Shown here: in pieces, positions 12,531 to 27,454 of the stretch
Layout of the letters: every line of letters begins with the position of its first letter
Position numbering within the stretch: the stretch's first letter is position 1
Source of the DNA: Tubiluchus corallicola
Lineage: Eukaryota > Animalia > Priapulida
Length of the DNA: 64,000 nt
Direction: 5' to 3'
Assembly (NCBI GenBank): GCA_030141605.1
Contig: JAQGDQ010000016.1
Location: 498,282-562,281 of the forward strand
Position numbers and translations under genes: made by a program
The notes under the pieces: generated by a model
Databases searched by the model: none
What the model saw: the letters and a program-made list of their open reading frames with translations, nothing else
Told to the model about the DNA's origin: nothing

Positions 12531-15500
12531 TGATTTGGTTTTTATTTACGAATTCACAGACTGGAGCACATAAGAAATAAAATGAAAATGTTTAGAAATA
12601 TAATAATGTTGTGGCTTCCGAATAAATGGGGAAGTTTTTAAACTTTTTAATCGCGGTTTCGTGAAAGACAATTTGTACGGATTAAACCGGAATTTTTAGG
12701 GAAACTCGTCTTGGTCAGTTGAACGGTATGCGTACATTTGGGCATGACCAAAGTTAATCACACATCATAGAACATCATAGAATTCACTGTTTATTATAAT
12801 CAATTAATCTCGGCAGCTTTTTAGAAATACAGTTAGTCTCTTGGGCATCATTTATTGCTTTTAACATGTGGATATCATGATGATTCGATGAGTGTTTAGC
12901 TAGCGTTTGTGCTTATTATCATACGTTTAGTGTTTGCGCCTATTATACAGTAATAGTATAGCATCATTCTTGAGCAAAACGGTTGAAGAAAAAACTCGTT
13001 CGTTCATTCGTTCTATATATTCGTTTTACGTTCTGAGAACGTACAATTTCGTCATCATCATACAGTGTGTATCATTCGCCCTGTGACATTACACTGTCTA
13101 TCTTCTGCCGCCAAACGGTACGTCCTTTTGCTACTCTCCATAATGAAGTATCTTTCAAAACTAGAGTGTCGCATTGAGGTGTTTTTGTGCGAAATCCATT
13201 CATGTGAGCAATCTGGCTCCCCTTCGGCTTCTTAAATGACTAAATTGAAAAGTTTTAATAAGTGGACTGTCTTCCGGCAATCTCAGAGCATGACCCAACC
13301 AGACAAGTCTTCTGCGTTTTAGCTTCCTGTTTTATTTTCTTCCTTGATTTTGTCGTACAAATCTTTGTTACTTATAACTTTTGGCCGTTTGTCTGCAATA
13401 ATGATCTCAGTTTGTATGAGTACAGTTTGAAACTATGCTTAAATTTGTAAAGTTACTAAGTTAAAGGAAAGAACAAGTCACTCAGTATGCTGGGTATATT
13501 TTATTATTACCACTTAAACTTAGAAGAATATAACAAAGAAATTTCCAAAAAATTTCTATAAAATATAAATCTAAAATAGAATACTTTGTAAAATCAACTT
13601 GTTTCATTGGTTTTAACAGAAACAGATCACTAAAGTCTATTGTCAGAGCCAGGGAGAATGTATCTTGTCAGTTTGACCAATGTTATTTATGAATATTGTT
13701 GTCGCGGATGGAATGGGTTATACGTTGGCTAAACAAGCAGACAAATGTTGTTTACTGTTTTTGAGCATACCTAAAAAAGGATTTGAAACTTCCTGTGAAT
13801 AGAAATTTCCAGGTGTGGTGGTTGCCGCCATTCGTTTGAAAATTGTGACGTTACTGGGGGACTTCGTGACATTTCGTAAGCGCATCGTGGCTTTCCCTGA
13901 GTGCGCGCTGCTTAAACTAATTAAAATTTCCGCGGCTTACCCAATGTTCACGCAAAATATTGCACAATTAGCTATCTTTTTTTGTAAAAACTTATACTTT
14001 TGACGAAGATTGTCGGTGCGCTACTTTTCTTCAAGACGAATGGGGTCATTGGAAGAAAATGGGTATTGTAAATGGTAGCGCCCAAGCATGAAGTGATCGT
14101 GACTTTAAAGTGATTTTACTAATTACACGAGGCACTTATTGCAGTTTTACTACTAAATCCTTCTAACAATTTTCGCGAACATTGAAATAAGCCTGACTAT
14201 CCAGAAGGCTTGGCCTTTCCTTTAATCAACTCGACACGCTCACTCAAAGAGGTCACAAAGTAAGGTCCTCCGTTCAGATTTTAGCGGCTTTTTAGATCTT
14301 CCATAAAAATCTTTCGTTTTGTATCTTCCTTTTAGATCAGGTCCTCTAGGGCAAACACAAAACATAAACAGTAGTTCTTGAAGTTTTAATTCCCTTATCG
14401 TTCCTGTAACTGTTTTTGCGGCCTACATCCCTCTTATATTAGCATAATTTAACAACCAGATGCAACTGCTGCGCGTGTGGAGCAATTAACAAATTAGCCA
14501 ATGCAATAATGACCATTTAATCACTCATCCCCACTCCCTCACTCACCCCTTACATAGATTACATACATACACTCCCTTTTTTTCTAATAAAAGAAGGCTA
14601 GTTAAAATCATAAGTAAAATCATTATGCAGAATTTATATAAAAACTAATTCTTATGGTCTAAGTAAGTAAGCGAGTTTTTTTATTATATTAGCTTTGGTT
14701 ACAATGAGTAAAACGGTTTGTCTGATAAACTCGATTGCTCATTGATACGATGATCTAATCAAAATAAACGTTGCTCGCTTTCACTAGCGTTAATGGGCCT
14801 GGTTGTGGGCAGTGTGTGGGGTCGCGATTTTGGCCGATTGGTTCCAAAATTGACGGGAAACCTGCAGTGTCCACCAAATTTCGACGTTTCAACTATGCTC
14901 TTCATTCGGCAGTTATCGTAAAATGTCGTAACATACAAAAAGAGATAGCGTCAAACCACAGCAGTATGCACGTGCAATAATTAAGTCGTCATGGACCGGT
15001 AGTTTAACTGGTTTTGCATCTATGATTGATTTCACCCGAGTGAGTTGTTATAATTGCATTATGTAGCAAGTTTAAGCCATAAAATGTTTCCTTAGAGAAA
15101 TTAATTTACGAACCGGTAAAGTTTGTATGATTAGTTAATGCCTACCACAAAGATAAGTATAAACCCCTTTCTTAATAGATGTACATAGTCGTACGTTTCT
15201 GGGAAAAAATTCTTGTGTTATTAAGAAGAATATGTACAGCACACAAATACGCAAGTGAGTAGTTAACGGGAGTTGTTTCTAAAATTTCTTTCTTATTTAG
15301 CTAACCTTTCCATACTTCTTTCGCTCAGACGAAACGCCATAAAAGGTTTGCTGGTTTCGACAATATCAGTATACCAATGCAAAAACATTTATTAACGTTT
15401 CGACATATCGTATGTCATCGATGTGTCGAAACGTTAATGAAGCGCTTATATTTATATAAATATTGAATTCACTGTTGCGTATTATTAATGCTTGCTTTCA

Positions 15501-17057
15501 TTAACGATTTAGTTAATGGCGCTTTACTTCCAACTCTATGTATCTGCTCACCTTTTGTGTCGAGTTTGTGTAGGTTATTTTCGGCGTCTTCTGTTTTCTT
15601 GTCATAAAAATGCTAACAAAAGGCAAGCTAAACAAACTTGCGCCTAAATGCAAAAAGTCGTAGGCAATGTTGTCTTGAAAGGAAAAAATGCATCATTGAA
15701 AAGATCAAACCCCTGAATTAGCGGGAAGCAGACTGAGAAATGAAGTACAAAGTCAGCTTCTGGAGCAGCATGGTGTCCAAAAGGCCAGTCAACTCACACA
15801 GTCACTCCCCCGCATTGCATCCATTTTTCAATAGTTTAACTACGTGACAATAGTTCTCTAACTAGTATGCTTAATTACCTGTGTCTTTCCCAGAACTGTT
15901 TTTTGCTGTAGTTCATTAGACAATCTAGACAATCTTGGTCTTCTGACAATTGTTTCTTCAGAACCTGGAAGCGCCATAAAAGTCAATTAACAAATCAATA
16001 AAAGGAGTTGACGACAGTTTTAAGTTAAGCAGTTAGCTGTTGGCTACACAGTTCCTTGTAGCAAAGGGGGCTTCAAGAGGGAAGAGGAATGAAAAAACAT
16101 CAACATCTAGGTCATTGTTCTCACTCCCAAACGCGCTTTCAAATGGTAAATCTAAATCGCATTGTTTTTTTCCAGAATAGTACTTATAGTTTGTCAGAGT
16201 TCGTTAAAGTCCATGTTTGATTGTCGTGCCAGTTTTGTGTGCGCCCCTCAGTGGCAGAACTAGTTACTACAACTTATTTCTTTGCAGGGAAGCTCTGAAA
16301 ATTTCTCGTGTAAGTTACTTTAATTAAGGAGATAAGGTGCTCTCTGTTTGCTATCACAGCACATCCTGAGTTTTAATTAAGTCGTGTGAGTCCCACTGAC
16401 CAGCTTGTGCCTGCCATTAATGAAAGCGGCCTGGAGATGTTGAGTCTAACAAGAAAAGGCTGAGAAGCAGTCGTAGAAACTGCAAGTTAGGGATGCCAAA
16501 ACTCATGCATAAAATACCATACAATAACTACAAAAAAAGAACGAATCCTTAAAAAATAAAATTAAATATTTTAGCCGTTTCCAACAATGTTTGAGAGTTG
16601 GTAGATGTCTTCCTGACAGTGTTGTAAAATAAGCGATATCTATTGAAGTCATTAAAATGCCTAGAATAAAGTGAAAGCTGCACATTAGTGCAGCTATATA
16701 ATGTATCACTTCACCAATCTAAATTAATTGAGCAATACATTAATTTGCTGGAACTGGGAATTAATTGTTCTACGGAATGCATTAATTTGGCCTAATGTAG
16801 TCATAATTAGTGTGCACTACAAACGTTTAGTAGTTTAATGTCATTTTTATAGGAAGTTAGGCACGAATTAATTAAAGCAATTTAAATAATTACACTGTTT
16901 GTCGTAGTCACAAGAATGGGTGATTAACCCATTCAGGTGAACTATCCGTGACGCGGTTGAAGACAGTATGACAGAGAAAAAATCTAGGCTTTTCAACACC
17001 AATCTTCAGATTTTAGTTCTCAATAATAACATTTGGCTAAGAAGTTAAAATATTATC

Positions 17058-17103
<46 letters not shown>

Positions 17104-17152
17104 ACGATGATGATGATGACGATGATGATGATGACGACGACGACGATGATGA
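17058..17152. repeat. (GAT/GAC)n microsatellite
   Basis: Directly visible trinucleotide run. Confidence 0.95.
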
Positions 17153-17875
17153 GACTATGTTACTGGAAGGTTGACGTTGTCAAACGTTTACCACAGGAGC
17201 TTTGTTAGATAATAATAGTCATTACAAAAGCTCCGGCTTTGATATGTTTTGTTGTCGTCATGATAAATAGCCTCTCGGGGATCATACTAAACGAAAGAAT
17301 ATGTAATTTGATTAAATGGACAACGTGTGAGGATGATGGATGGACCATTCATTCTATCACCATTGCGTAGCAAAGATGGTAACATGAAAGCGAACCCTTG
17401 GAAATGATGTAATTAGACTCCAGGTTCTTTGAGGAGAGAATAGGGCAAGCACTGTGGCCACGGAGAAAAAATGTAGAAAACGAAAAATCGTTCAACTGCC
17501 TCAAATCTTTAAACTGCCGGCTACTCCAAATTATTATAGTACCAATATCCAATAGTTGAACGTAGATAATTAATAATTTCTAATCAGTACCCATCTAGAC
17601 GTCGTTTTGTTTGCTAGAAAAATCGCAAGACATCCTTCTATAAGGAAGAGTGCCACAAACGAGTTCTACATGTAACAACCATACAAAAATTGAGAACCGA
17701 CACTGCAGAGAACTTTGTAAAATGAGCGTGACAATGCCAGATTATGGAAACGTTTTCAGGTATCTGTACTAATAATTGAAAGTGATTACAAAGAATATGT
17801 GAAAACAGAAATGATTCGTCGCTGCATGGACAGAGCCAGAAAAGGTTCTGCTTTTCCAACGGTTGCCTCTATTAA

Positions 17876-17895
17876 TTGTTTGTTGTTATTGTTGT

Positions 17896-17948
<53 letters not shown>

Positions 17949-17998
17949 GCTGTAGTAGTAGTAGTTGTTGTTGTTGTTACTGCTGCTGCTGCTGCTGC
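17876..17998. repeat. Compound (GTT)n(GTA)n(GCT)n microsatellite
   Basis: Directly visible. It explains the poly-V and poly-T ORFs. Confidence 0.95.
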
Positions 17999-20437
17999 CT
18001 TTTGTTGCTTCTGGTTGATTAATGATGACAAAGGATGCTTGATGGAAGGCCTTGAATTTAGCTATCTATAGGTTTATACTACCACTTATTCTTGAAAGAG
18101 TTTACTGCACCTATCTTTTGTAACACTTAGGACATCGTAATCAACTTACTGCGTTCAGTTCACCAGTTGAATAGAAAATTTGCGTCGAATTCTGCAAGCC
18201 AAATAAGATTTATATTTTCTCTGACAACTCACTTGATATTTTGTTATCGTTTCTGCTGTTTTGTCTTGTCTCTTCTGATCAGGTTTGACACTGTGTAGTG
18301 TATAATATGGCTCTAACACTAATGCACCATTATTAACAATAGTCCTTACTTATCACTGTTAACTACTAAAGCTATTTTATTAATCCACCGGCATCTATGT
18401 TCCTTCGGAGACATCTTCAGTGCAACAATAATGTATATATAAGAAGGTAACGAACCTTAAAAAAATCAATAATTATTCGGCGCAAAGCTGCTAGCCAAAT
18501 GAAACGCTGATAAGACGAGCAAAAGAACACACAACCAATTACATCTTAGCAATAATCGCTTAGCATAGAAACATATTGCTTAGATTTCTCTACTTAAATT
18601 GTAGAGAAAGGCTTAGATTTTTTGTAGTGCTGCAGCGTTTCTAGTAAAATTCCCATTTGTTTAGCTTTTAATAAAGTCTTCCAATCTTTGGTGACACGCT
18701 TGCAAGTTGATGCAGTGCAATGGACTTTGTCATTGTAATTGTCGTTGTAATTTTGCCTCCATTAAAATGCCTCCTTTGTGGATTGTTGCTGCATACTGCA
18801 CTTAATCTTCATTATTTTCATAATAAACGTCAAAACACGTATTGCTCACGCACGCCTTTGTACATTAAAGAAAAATTTATAGCATAATAACCGATGTTAT
18901 GTCTTTATGTATTTAGTACTGCCGCAGACGGTTTTCGTCACGTTATAATGGTCAAGTAGTAAGGCAAATTAATAGCGCTAGTAACTTAACGTAGCATGTA
19001 ATCGTGTGAAATTGTTGAATATCACTTGCACTAAATGAACAATGTATATTAACTCAAGTTACAGAAAAATAACGACTAAGGGTAGTTGTTGCCAAAAACC
19101 ACTAGGCAATCAAAAAGTTTGATTTACAGATATTACTAACTAATTAATTTCATTCTTTATTTCTGCTCGTGACCTAAGCTATAATGCATTATACTAAAAT
19201 GGCATATTGCATTTAGGATAACCTACGTCAAGCAGCCAGAAAGCAACAGAAGTAAAAACTTGGCTTTCACATTTTTTAGCATCGTAAATCCACATGGAAC
19301 AATTACTTTTTATCCTGCTGCACAGATAATGTTTCGTGCAATCAGTTAAACGAAAAGACTCAACAAAGTTCTTGCAAAGTGAACATTGTGTGTGCAGAGC
19401 AAACATTTCTTCATGTGGTTGCATCTACACAAACGAAATTGACTTTGCACAGCAATTTGAGAGAACTTTCTGTTTCTAATTGATCTGATAAGACATTATA
19501 CCTAAGCGTAACTCATTGTAATCTGATACCTATATGCCTACTGCGATGTACTGCGATGCTTTTGGTCACTTTAGTTTTTACTGCTTCGTTTAAACTTTTA
19601 GTAATGTGACGTATAAATAATGGGCATTATTTTTTCTAAATACGTACAAGTATACTCTTGCAAAGTCTCTTGTGTGTTGCTAAGTCATCATTGCAAGGGT
19701 GCGTATCCTATCCATTATGAACCACATACGTTTCGATGTCTTGAAGACACGTAACATTGTCTTTCGATGCACTTCAAGATTGTAGATTCAGACGATGAGT
19801 ACGTATGTCATTACTGCGATTATAGGTCTTGATATCACTCTTATGTATATATATAAGTTTGGCTTTGGATGAGAAAGTGACAACGGCTGAGTGACCATGG
19901 TACCATTTGCACCTGGTTTCCAAGTTAAACAACGCCATGTCAGTATACTAAACAAAAAATGTGCGTCCAATGCTAAACCACTTTTGGCCAGTTTTGACTG
20001 GCCCCAGCTATATTCCCCCTTGAGCGTGATTATAACAGCGTTCGATTGTGACCAGGACATCTCTAATAATGCGTTTTGATCCCGTCACAGAGCTGGGCCT
20101 CGCTTGCGAAGGTAGAACACCGAGTTAAATGAAACATTTTACATCTCACATACACATGGATGCAGGGAACAGCAGAACAAAGTTGTGTAGTGACCAAATT
20201 TAAGCACTGCTAGCAAGTCAGCCAATGGCAAAGTATGACATTGTTGAATATAGCGTTCTGCCATACAATCTCATCCCGACGAATGTATTTCATTGAAGCC
20301 TTGGAGGATGTATTGAAACTTTGCTAAGATACCTCTTTCTCAGTTCGATCTCTTAAATATTAATCCAAGATGAACGATATTACTGATAAAGAAATAGATT
20401 CGGTTCAACCACAACCTTGCGTTAAATAGGCCCCGAA

Positions 20438-20830
20438 TAAGCAAGCAAGCAAGTAAGCAATCAGGCAAGAAAGTAAGTAAGTAAATAAGTCAGTAAGTAA
20501 GCGAGGAAGTAAGGAAGGAAGCAAGCAAGCAAGTAAGCAATCAGGCAAGAAAGTTAGTAAGTAAGTAAGTGATTAAGTAGATAAGTAAGTCAGTAAGTAC
20601 GTAAGTAAGTCAGTAAGTAAGCGAGGAAGTAAGTAAGCGAGGAAGTAAGGAAGGAAGCAAGCAAGCAAGTAAGCAATCAGGCAAGAAAGTTAGTAAGTAA
20701 GTAAGTGATTAAGTAGATAAGTAAGTCAGTAAGTACGTAAGTAAGTCAGTAAGTAAGCGAGGAAGTAAGGAAGGAAGCAAGCAAGCAAGCAAGTAGGCAA
20801 GTAAGCAAGCAAGCAAGCAGGAAATTAAGT
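20438..20830. repeat. Compound (AAGT/AAGC/AAGG)n satellite with higher-order duplication
   Basis: Tetranucleotide variants. The block starting aagcgaggaagtaaggaaggaagcaagcaagcaagtaagcaatcaggcaagaaagttag recurs near 20499 and 20635. Confidence 0.9.
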
Positions 20831-22149
20831 AAAATAAATTTTATCTCAGGCAAACCCTCTATAACAACAAGCAATTCACACACAACACAATATTTGCAAT
20901 AAATAAGCTATGTATACTAATTAGTTAATCACATAATAGATAAATAAAACGTTAGTCCAACGAACGTACATTTTGAGAGAGTGTACGATCCATGTCTTTA
21001 CTTTCCGTATAAAAAGCGTGGTTGAAAATTTCATTTTGATGTTTTTATTTCAGAATAAATTGTGCTATAAGTGTACCGTTAACGATCGGCTTTTTTTAAT
21101 TATACTTATTCATAGACTTCTGATCGATAACAACATGTGGTGTACTACTGTGTTCACTTAACTTTTATTACAGCTGTAATACAAGTCCTACAAATTTTAT
21201 AGAAAAATTGTTGTTGCAAATTATTCTATTGATTGCTTGCTTGTGCGCTTTTTCGCTTAAACATCTTGTCAATAACCTGTTGCTGCACGAAAGCGTTGAG
21301 TTGATAGTGGTACATATACGTACAAATATACGTACATACGTAGTTGTCAGATGCTGCTTTTCTGCTGTAATAACAGTTGTTCCATCTTTCTATACATTTG
21401 ACTATAAATGCCTCTTTTTTGTTTGATACGTATCTTTTCGGGTAGGAAGCATTCATTCTACTGAAAATCTGTTTGCATTATGTTTCATGACGTTAATTTC
21501 AAAATTTTCATATCTGAATTCGAGTTAAAACAATTCGTGTCCTTGAGCTCAAAATAAAGCAAATAAAGGCCAATGAAAACTAAAAAAACCTGTAATACAA
21601 TAATATTGACATCGACACTTTCCCTTCTGGTGAGCGTGATTAACTGTAATTGATTGTAGTAATTTAACGCCCTTTGAAAGATTGATTGCCATATGAAATC
21701 GCGCGCGGAATATGCCTAACCTTTTAGAGGAATTAAACTGGCTTCATTATTGCCTAGCGCAATTAGTCGTTGATAGATGTATGCGCATTCTCAAACGAAT
21801 GTTCCATGTTGTCCTGAAGTTAATTAACAAGTGTAGCATGTGTGTCACCGGTCACTGGTCGTCTAACTTTCGTGGTTACGACAAAATCAAGTCAATATTG
21901 ACACTTTTTCGCCAATATTTTCTGTTTTAGGTATATGCACATTATAGCTGTTTTTTATTTTAAAATCAGTTTAGTTATTTTCACCCATTTATTTATTTTC
22001 GTATAACCTATAGTACAGAAACGGCATGTAAGAAGTCAAAACTAATTAAGATACATATGAAACACAGAAACAAACGGCTTATAAATTTACAGTAACTGGA
22101 AATTAAAATAAAGAGCTAAAAAGAGAAATTGTGCTCCTGTTTATAAACA

Positions 22150-22704
22150 CAAGGTGTCTCAAAAGTCACTATACATTTTGATTTCTAATTTTCTTTTTAA
22201 GTTTTTTCCAATCTCTACAAGCTTTTCATGAATCAAATGGATGGACTTTGGCAAATCTTTTTATTTATTGTTTGACTGGAACCCCGTTGCTATGGCGATG
22301 ACGGTAATGTTAGAAATGAGGTGCAAAATCAGCCTGGCGTGAGGTCCTTCAATCACGAACTGAAGTTCAGTGGAAATTCATAGCCTATTAAGGACCACAC
22401 TATTTACTCGCAGTTATACATTGCAGTTTTTCGACAAGGTTGCAGCGCTTTCTCTCAACTCATGGTCTGTAAGAGACTTTCTCAGTGCAACATGCCCCCA
22501 TTGGATTGGTTTCTAAAGCTCTTGAGGTGCCCGAAAACGCTAGTGAAAATAGCAAATAGTTCTATAGTTCTTCCCAGATTTTTGTCTAATTTGACTAAAA
22601 AAGGCCCAAGATTTTAGTTCATCTGTGCCAATTTTCAGACATTTTGCTTTGATTGTTAAAAATATAGAAAGTGAAAAGTGTATAGTGACTTATGAATCAC
22701 TCTG
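22150..22704. mobile_element. Tc1/mariner-type non-autonomous element (MITE)
   Basis: Left end CAAGGTGTCTCAAAAGTCACTATACATTTT is an imperfect inverted copy of right end AAAAGTGTATAGTGACTTATGAATCACTCTG, which is followed by TA. Confidence 0.65.
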
Positions 22705-22860
22705 TATATTGAGGTTACTTACATGTATCTATTTAAAATTAAAAATTGGTGAGATGATTTACGTCATTCATTGACTGAGATAGTTAGGAAGTTTATGAGT
22801 CACGGTAAGCTAGGTTTCACTTTTGCTTGTATCCCTGTCAGGAAATTGCATATATTGCAA

Positions 22861-23068
22861 GACTAGATGAAGCCTATAAGCCAGAATGTCTGATCTGGAT
22901 TCTGTCAGCGAACTGCAATCACAAATTATTATGATTGGTTCCTGGAAGTGTGATTTGTGAGACGATAACTACGATGCCCATTTGCCAGAAACGCAGGAAA
23001 TATCCAGAATCCAGACAGCTAAATACCGAATAATTTACCGGCACACGTTAGCTAGGCTTCAGCTGTCA
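22861..23068. mobile_element. Small fold-back (MITE-like) element
   Basis: Nested inverted pairs: TGAAGCCTA/TAGGCTTCA, TCTGGATTCTG/CAGAATCCAGA, TCACAAAT/ATTTGTGA. Confidence 0.45.
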
Positions 23069-24049
23069 TAAATTATGTCGCCTTTCTGGTGCGGCAAAAG
23101 ACGGAATTTGCAATTTTTCAGTAAGTGAAACAAGTTTGACAGATGGTTCGTCACATAATCCCAGTTCTCAGTCTGAAACATTCGCTTTTATCTCCGCGGT
23201 TAGCCACAAGAGTCAATTCTCGAATCTTCTCCATGCTGAGATTTTGGTAAGGCAGTAGAGTCAATAATTGAGTAATGACAGAACTTATAGTGTTGGAAGT
23301 TCGAGATTACGAACCCGAGTCCCAAGCCACCATTCCAACTTTTATTCCTATCATCATAAGTTTCCGAAGTACTAAAACGGCGAAACGGCAATAAAACTAA
23401 ATAATTCCTTTATGCTTCCCCTGAATAAAAAACCAAAACTTGCAGTCACTTGTAGTCTAACTATATGGTACACAATTTTATATTTTATGGTTTAAAAAAA
23501 TCCAGCAAACGAGCGAAGCCGATTTCTGGGTAGCTTAAATTGGGTGCACATTCTAACAACTAGGGTTGAGTCGGCTTAGGTTTGGTTGGGTAACCAAATA
23601 TTTCTTGCCGCAGGTCACTCGCTGAAATCTAAATGACACCCAAAAACTGCACAGTATTTGCTATCTCATAATAAATTTTATTAGCCGGAAGTAACTAAGG
23701 AAAGATCTATTAACGCCTTGGCAGTGATTCGGTATTATATCTCTCATAGCTGGCAGTTAAATATTTGTTCAACTAGATATACATGGCCGATGAAAGGAAT
23801 GGCAAACCAAAGCAGTTTTATAAGATTCCCTGTATAGCATCAGGGTATAGATTTATTGACAAAAATCCAAAAGTTGAATGGTTTCATTATTTTAACGTCA
23901 CCAACTTTACACTGGGCATGAATTTGTGTAAATGGACATCCCCGAAAAGCTTCTTTTTTATATTTCAATTAACGACTTAACGACTACGTTTGAATTAACA
24001 ATTAGAATTGTGTGGTCAAGTAGAAACCAGCTGGACGGTTCAGTATTGT

Positions 24050-24732
24050 CTTTATATCGGATGCTGCGGAAAAAATGTCCTGAAGTTTAAACTACAATAA
24101 TATTAGACGCAAGTGTTCTACAAAGTTAAATTTTCAAAGTGTGATATTACTATAGACTGGTTTTTGCCTGTGGAAGTTAACAAGTTTACAGTTTTAGTGC
24201 CTTGTAAATTATGGCGAAAAGCTTTTGCATGTAAAAAAATTAAATGACTGAACAATGTCATCTAACCATGAATTGAAAAACAGCCACTTTCGGTGACACA
24301 TAAAGCTCAATATATAGAGCAAAACACCAGTTTACATCATGGTCATCACTAGAGAACATTGATAAAGATTTGTTGCCAAGAAAAAATGGGATTCAATCTC
24401 TGGATTACGGTATGAGGAATTTCCTTAAAGAGAAAGTGTACAATGGCGGCACTTGATGCAGAGGAATTAAAGGCAAAAATTGTTTAGTGCAGGGACCAAT
24501 ACACCTTAAAGAAATGAAAAACTGTGTCAGTTTTTGGAGGAAACGTTAACGGATTCGTCTAGTAGTGAAATTGTAGTGAAAATGGGGGGGGGATAGAACA
24601 CGTGCTGTAAATTTTATCAATTGTGAAACAAAGTTTTTCCGGCAATTGTTTTTTAACTTGTTTTTTTAAGCTTCCGTATCATTGAAAAGTCTAAGGAAGT
24701 GACTTAAAATTTTTGGTGTTTATACACGCGTA
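24050..24732 (+). mobile_element. Degenerate Tc1/mariner-superfamily transposase, C-terminal remnant
   Basis: Frameshifted translation of ~24390-24610 gives LDYGMRNFLKEKVY...EELKAKIV...KNCVSFWRKR...ENGG.IEHVL*. This resembles the DLNPLDYxxWxxLxxxVY...GGHIEH tail of DDD/E transposases. The left boundary is approximate. Confidence 0.65.
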
Positions 24733-27454
24733 TCTGTAACATCAGAAAGGCAATTTTCAATTGACTCCGCCATTTTCTTCGTATACTATCGTGATCAAGA
24801 CTTCAGCACATTTTTGCCACCTGATATATGAAGACAATGCCGAAGTTCCAGTTGATTTCTACTCGAGCGGTAGTGTACAATGAAATGATCACGTTTTCAG
24901 TTGCTGTTGTAGTTCTTTTATGCATCTTAAAGTTCAAATTTCCAAGTGACAGACCCTAACAACTTTCATTCAACTGCGTATAATCTTGTTCCGCTCACAC
25001 GATTTTCATCAAAATGGCGAAGCCATTGTTGTTGAGTTATGCATTTTTAAAGATGGCCAATAAATTTTAAATTTTTGTCAAAAAAGGTTGCTTAACAAAA
25101 GCTTTTAGCCAATGCGCGGTCATTTTTTATTGAACAATAAAATATGAAAAGTCAATGATGTGTTAGTTAATGTGTCAATGTGTCAATGTTAGTAAAGCAG
25201 CACCATCGTTTTTTTAATGTTGATATAGTCTATATAGAGCCGCGTATTATTTGTTGTAGGTCTAGTATATTACTTGTGTTACCTTGCATACAGAAATATA
25301 AAGTTACTTAGCTTATTTTGTGAAGACACTAATCGTAATAATGGTACATTCATTAATGCGAGAAACCTAAAAAAGCGTCCTCTGTTTCACCATACATGAA
25401 TATACTGCGCAGTATAGCAATTTACTAGAAATAATATAAAGACTCCTCTCGGCAGTTGTTAACGTGAAATTTATGGGGTTAATACTTACATTGATTAATG
25501 CACACAATTTCTATAGCAGAATGTGAATTCTATTCGGTCTGGCATTGTTACGTTATCAAACATCTGTCACGCTATATAATTTGATATGTGACCGGGGAAT
25601 ATTTTTCTTGTTCCGACTGACTAATGACCGAGTTCACAAGTTTCCATGCCCCCGCAAATAAATTTCAAATCACACTTTTTTAGATGTTTCTTGACAAGTA
25701 TAGATGAATTGCTGCCAGGCAACATGACAAATAAAGCAAATAAACTGATATGCTGGCTGGGTTATTAATTTATTTCTCTGTAGTAATGTATTTGGTTGCG
25801 TAAGTCAGTTAGTGACTAACAAGAGCACTAAACTCAGGTCATCTGCTTTCTCCAGTATCGCATTGCTTAACGGTAAATTATTAAAAGCCATTCTCAAATT
25901 TTTGTCGAATTTCATCATCAGTATTGACGATGATCAAAAATCATCATCATAAATTTCCATAACACGCGTTTCAAATTGCCATAAACTTACATCATAAATC
26001 TACTACAAACAGCAAAAGGTGACAACGTTATCGCTTGGTAAAATTAATTATGAATCTGCAAAAGTCGTCTAGCCGTAATGGCCAGTAATATGAAGATGAA
26101 AATAATACCGCAAGCAGCAATGAGAATTACTACATCCCTTAGTTACTGATTTATCTACATAATTCGGGTGTATGAATTATTCACAAGCAAGATTTAGATT
26201 TCAATATTATATGGCGGCATAATCTAGCGATGGTAATCTTGCATTACTCATGCTAAGGGCTCAATCGACTTGGAATACATGCAAAGTATTACGAGATTTA
26301 CGCTCCACATGTAACTTGATCAAAATTAGTGCTAAAATTTCTATTAGTTGCTGACCATTAAAAACGTGGTGAAATTTTGTTGCAAAAATGGTCAGGATTT
26401 ATGTAGCGACAGTATGTGGCACATGTACGCATTCATTACATTTTCTCGTAGAGTATCCTTAAAAAGGGGACTTATGCCCTTTTACCAATCGTCACCTTCC
26501 AATGTAAGCGTTTAGTAGTTTTTAGAATCCACGAAAAAGCTTATGATTTACAACGTCTATAGAATTCCCTCCATGAGCGTCTAACACCCTAATTTACAAG
26601 AAATACTATAATTTAGGCTGCACATACGAACATGCAGTTCGATACAAATTTATGTCCTTGTGAAAAGTCTTTGTTTAATTTATAACAGTGTTATAAAGCT
26701 GCATGTAATAAATTACATGTGACGCCAATACAACAGTAAGCGTACAACTGTGAAATAAGGTACCAAAGAGCATAATAACTGCTGTGTTTTAAAAATATTT
26801 GGCATTCCCTTGATGACTTTCGAGATTTCTTCGGTTTCCTTGTCTGCGCATATTGCAATTAAATTTCTCCATCCTAACTGTCTTGCTCTAATCGACCAAT
26901 GTAAAATGAAGTTTAGCGAATTAAAAGAAACCGTACTGAATTCAAAAGGAATTATTGCCACTCCCTGCACACAGCTGATTCTCTGCACAGTCGATTATGG
27001 TGAAAGATATTTAGAATGGCATTATGCATGCTTATTCGCGCAAATCATTTCAACTTCAGTGATTTTTCCATAATCTTTCGAATGAAATTAATCAGTTTAC
27101 GCAACTTAAAAAAGAGAGAATGGATATGACTAGCTGCTTTGACGCTTTACGATGTTGTTATCATGTTCATTTCCTTATTTATTTTCCATTCGTTCATTCA
27201 TTCATTAGTAAGTTATTTGTTAGCTTTTTCGTTTTTTTATTCACTCTTTATTCTCATCTGTTTGCTTTGTGTCGGCATTCGTAACATTGGCTAGATCGGC
27301 GCTACACGGCGGTAGAGATGCGTTCACTTATCTAGTTGTTGATTCGTCTGTTTTTTGACTGGCGGACGGTTTGTTTGTTTACTTCTTCAAATTGTTTGTC
27401 AATGTTTTAAGAAAAATGTTCCATTAATTTTTTCCAGTTCTCATGCCAAGATTG

